DNA from: Acidobacteriota bacterium
GTDB taxonomy: Bacteria; Acidobacteriota; Terriglobia; Bryobacterales; Bryobacteraceae
NCBI GenBank assembly: GCA_037439565.1
Contig: JBBIVT010000003.1
Span: 41,583 to 100,286 of the forward strand
Direction: 5' to 3'
DNA length: 58,704 nt
Shown here: one piece after another, positions 57,451-58,704 of the stretch
How positions within the stretch are numbered: position 1 is the stretch's first letter
Layout of the letters: the number at the start of each line of letters is the position of its first letter
Program-made: the position numbers and the translations under genes
Notes under the pieces: model-generated
What the model was told of the DNA's origin: nothing
Seen by the model: the letters and a program-made list of their open reading frames with translations, nothing else
Databases searched by the model: none

Positions 57451-57654
57451 ACGGCCTGAATCGAGCGCCCGCGCCCGATCCGCCCCACCGCCGAGGCGCG
57501 CCCGCCAGCAGCCGCGGCTCCAGGGGCCCTGCTTGCCCGCTCTGACGGTCGCGATTCTGAAACGCCATGCGTCAGCATGCGGACACCTCACGCTCCCATC
57601 CGGCCCACGCCGGGGAAGCGCAGCCCCGGCCCGTAAGGGCGGGGATAACACCCG
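57451..57654 (+). repeat. Tandem non-coding repeat, unit 2 (204 nt)
   Basis: Same three conserved blocks as unit 1, at offsets of +362, +343 and +351 nt. The units differ by indels, including an 8-nt insertion (cgctccca) after cacctca. Confidence 0.85.
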
Positions 57655-57762
57655 CGAATCGCCCGTCGATCGCGTCCGTAACCCGCCCGCCGACCACCCC
57701 AACTCCCGGCCCATCAGCCATTTTCCACTCTCACCCACCACCGCCCCGCTCCCCCGCGTGCG

Positions 57763-58431
57763 ATGACCAAGCAGAGAGGAACCTCAATGTCACCATCCGA
57801 GCCGACCACCCGAGCCGACGTCAACCGCGCCAACGCCCAGCACTCGACGGGCCCTAAATCGGAAGAGGGCAAGCGCCGCTCCGCCCTCAACGCCCTCCGC
57901 CACGGCCTCACCGGCCAGATCGTCGTCATGCCCAGCGAGGATCTCGCCGCCTACCAGCGCCACGTCCAGAACTTCGTCGACGAATATCAGCCCGCCGGAG
58001 CCACCGAAGCCCAGCTCGTCCAATCGCTCGCCGACGCCTCTTGGCGCTTAAACCGCATCGCCGCGTTAGAGGCCAACGTCCTCGCCCTCTCCGTCCAGGG
58101 CAGTGACGAAATCCAGGGAGCCATGGCCATCGCCGCAGCTTTTGCCCATCAGTCCAAAGCCCTTGCCAATCTGAGCCTGCATACCCAGCGCCTCTCGCGC
58201 CAGTTCGAACGCACCGTCGCCCAGCTCCGCGAGCTCCAGCACATCCGCCATGCCAAAGAAGAACAGGAGATGGAATATCTCCTCAACATCCTCGAAGCCC
58301 ACGAGCGAAACGGTGAACCATACGACCCCTCCGAAGATGGCTTCGTTTTTTCAGAAACCCAAATCCACCAGGCCAGGCAAGCCAGAAACCGCAGCAACCA
58401 ATCCTATGAAGCCTTGCGCGCGCAAGGTTAA
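57763..58431 (+). CDS. Conserved hypothetical protein, no recognisable domain
   Basis: 222-aa ORF with a second in-frame ATG at 57787. N-terminal [31 protein letters not shown], then a helical region. Coding-like composition. Confidence 0.55.
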   Translation: MTKQRGTSMSPSEPTTRADVNRANAQHSTGPKSEEGKRRSALNALRHGLTGQIVVMPSEDLAAYQRHVQNFVDEYQPAGATEAQLVQSLADASWRLNRIAALEANVLALSVQGSDEIQGAMAIAAAFAHQSKALANLSLHTQRLSRQFERTVAQLRELQHIRHAKEEQEMEYLLNILEAHERNGEPYDPSEDGFVFSETQIHQARQARNRSNQSYEALRAQG

Positions 58432-58704
58432 CCAACCGCCTTCTTCAGGAGCGCGCGGATCCTTTCCTCGTCGTCGCCGGTCAACTTCTTCAGCGCAAAG
58501 GCGGCCGGCCACATCGTTCCTTCGTCGAGGTTCGCTTTGTCGCTGAAGCCCAGCGTCGCGTATCTGGCTTTGAACTTGTCCGCGCTCTGGAAGAAGCAGA
58601 CAACCTTGCCGTCCTTGGCGTACGCGGGCATTCCGTACCAGGTTCTCGGCGAGAGGGCTGGCGCGCTGGCTTTGATAAGGGCATGGAGCCGCTCGGCCAT
58701 GGCG
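58428..58704 (-). CDS. DUF1801 (YdhG-like) domain protein, probably 5'-truncated by the window edge
   Basis: [50 protein letters not shown] matches the YdhG/DUF1801 pattern. Family members usually have 15-20 more N-terminal residues, and the frame is open to the window end. Confidence 0.65.
   Translation of the reverse strand, partial: AMAERLHALIKASAPALSPRTWYGMPAYAKDGKVVCFFQSADKFKARYATLGFSDKANLDEGTMWPAAFALKKLTGDDEERIRALLKKAVG

Noticed and set aside
57037-57654. CRISPR array or diversity-generating retroelement (TR/VR) interpretation of the repeats
   Set aside because: There are only two full units plus one partial, with non-uniform spacing (343-362 nt) and units of more than 200 nt. There is no cas gene and no reverse transcriptase. 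The differences between copies are not restricted to adenines.

Overview
This is a high-GC chromosomal segment of 58.7 kb that is densely coding. I call about 50 CDS. I saw no rRNA, tRNA, CRISPR array, transposase or integrase. The gene content points to Acidobacteriota, which is an inference from family knowledge and not a search result. The supporting genes are an ADOP-type duplicated FtsX permease, a CarboxypepD_reg-type TonB-dependent receptor, an ECF sigma factor overlapping a Ser/Thr kinase, and many Pro/Arg-rich spurious antisense ORFs.

Housekeeping blocks:
- pal
- glgP
- pyrR-pyrB-pyrC
- hom
- ppx
- a hisC-like gene followed by hppD
- an RND efflux pair
- an NtrC-type two-component system

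Stretches worth a second look:
1. A ten-gene, translationally coupled operon (1675-10884) is built around MoxR/DUF58 plus DUF4350, DUF4129, SpoIIM-like and two RDD proteins. It also has two paralogous B-box-like zinc-finger membrane proteins. No gene in it has a known biochemical function.
2. A 755-nt non-coding region (57008-57762) contains tandem copies of a structured element with GNRA-type and mutually exclusive hairpins. It lies upstream of a domain-less conserved ORF.
3. A UvrC-N-terminal-like gene, an orphan DUF58 gene and a TonB-dependent receptor gene are joined by 4-nt start/stop overlaps, downstream of a PDZ-containing sensor kinase and a sigma-54 activator.
4. An envelope/sugar block encodes a TPR lipoprotein, CPBP protease, HAD, an unknown protein, an RfaE-like kinase and a ROK protein.

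I refined many start codons from the ORF track using ATGA/GTGA/TAATG overlaps with the upstream gene. All family assignments come from motif reading by eye and need HMM confirmation.
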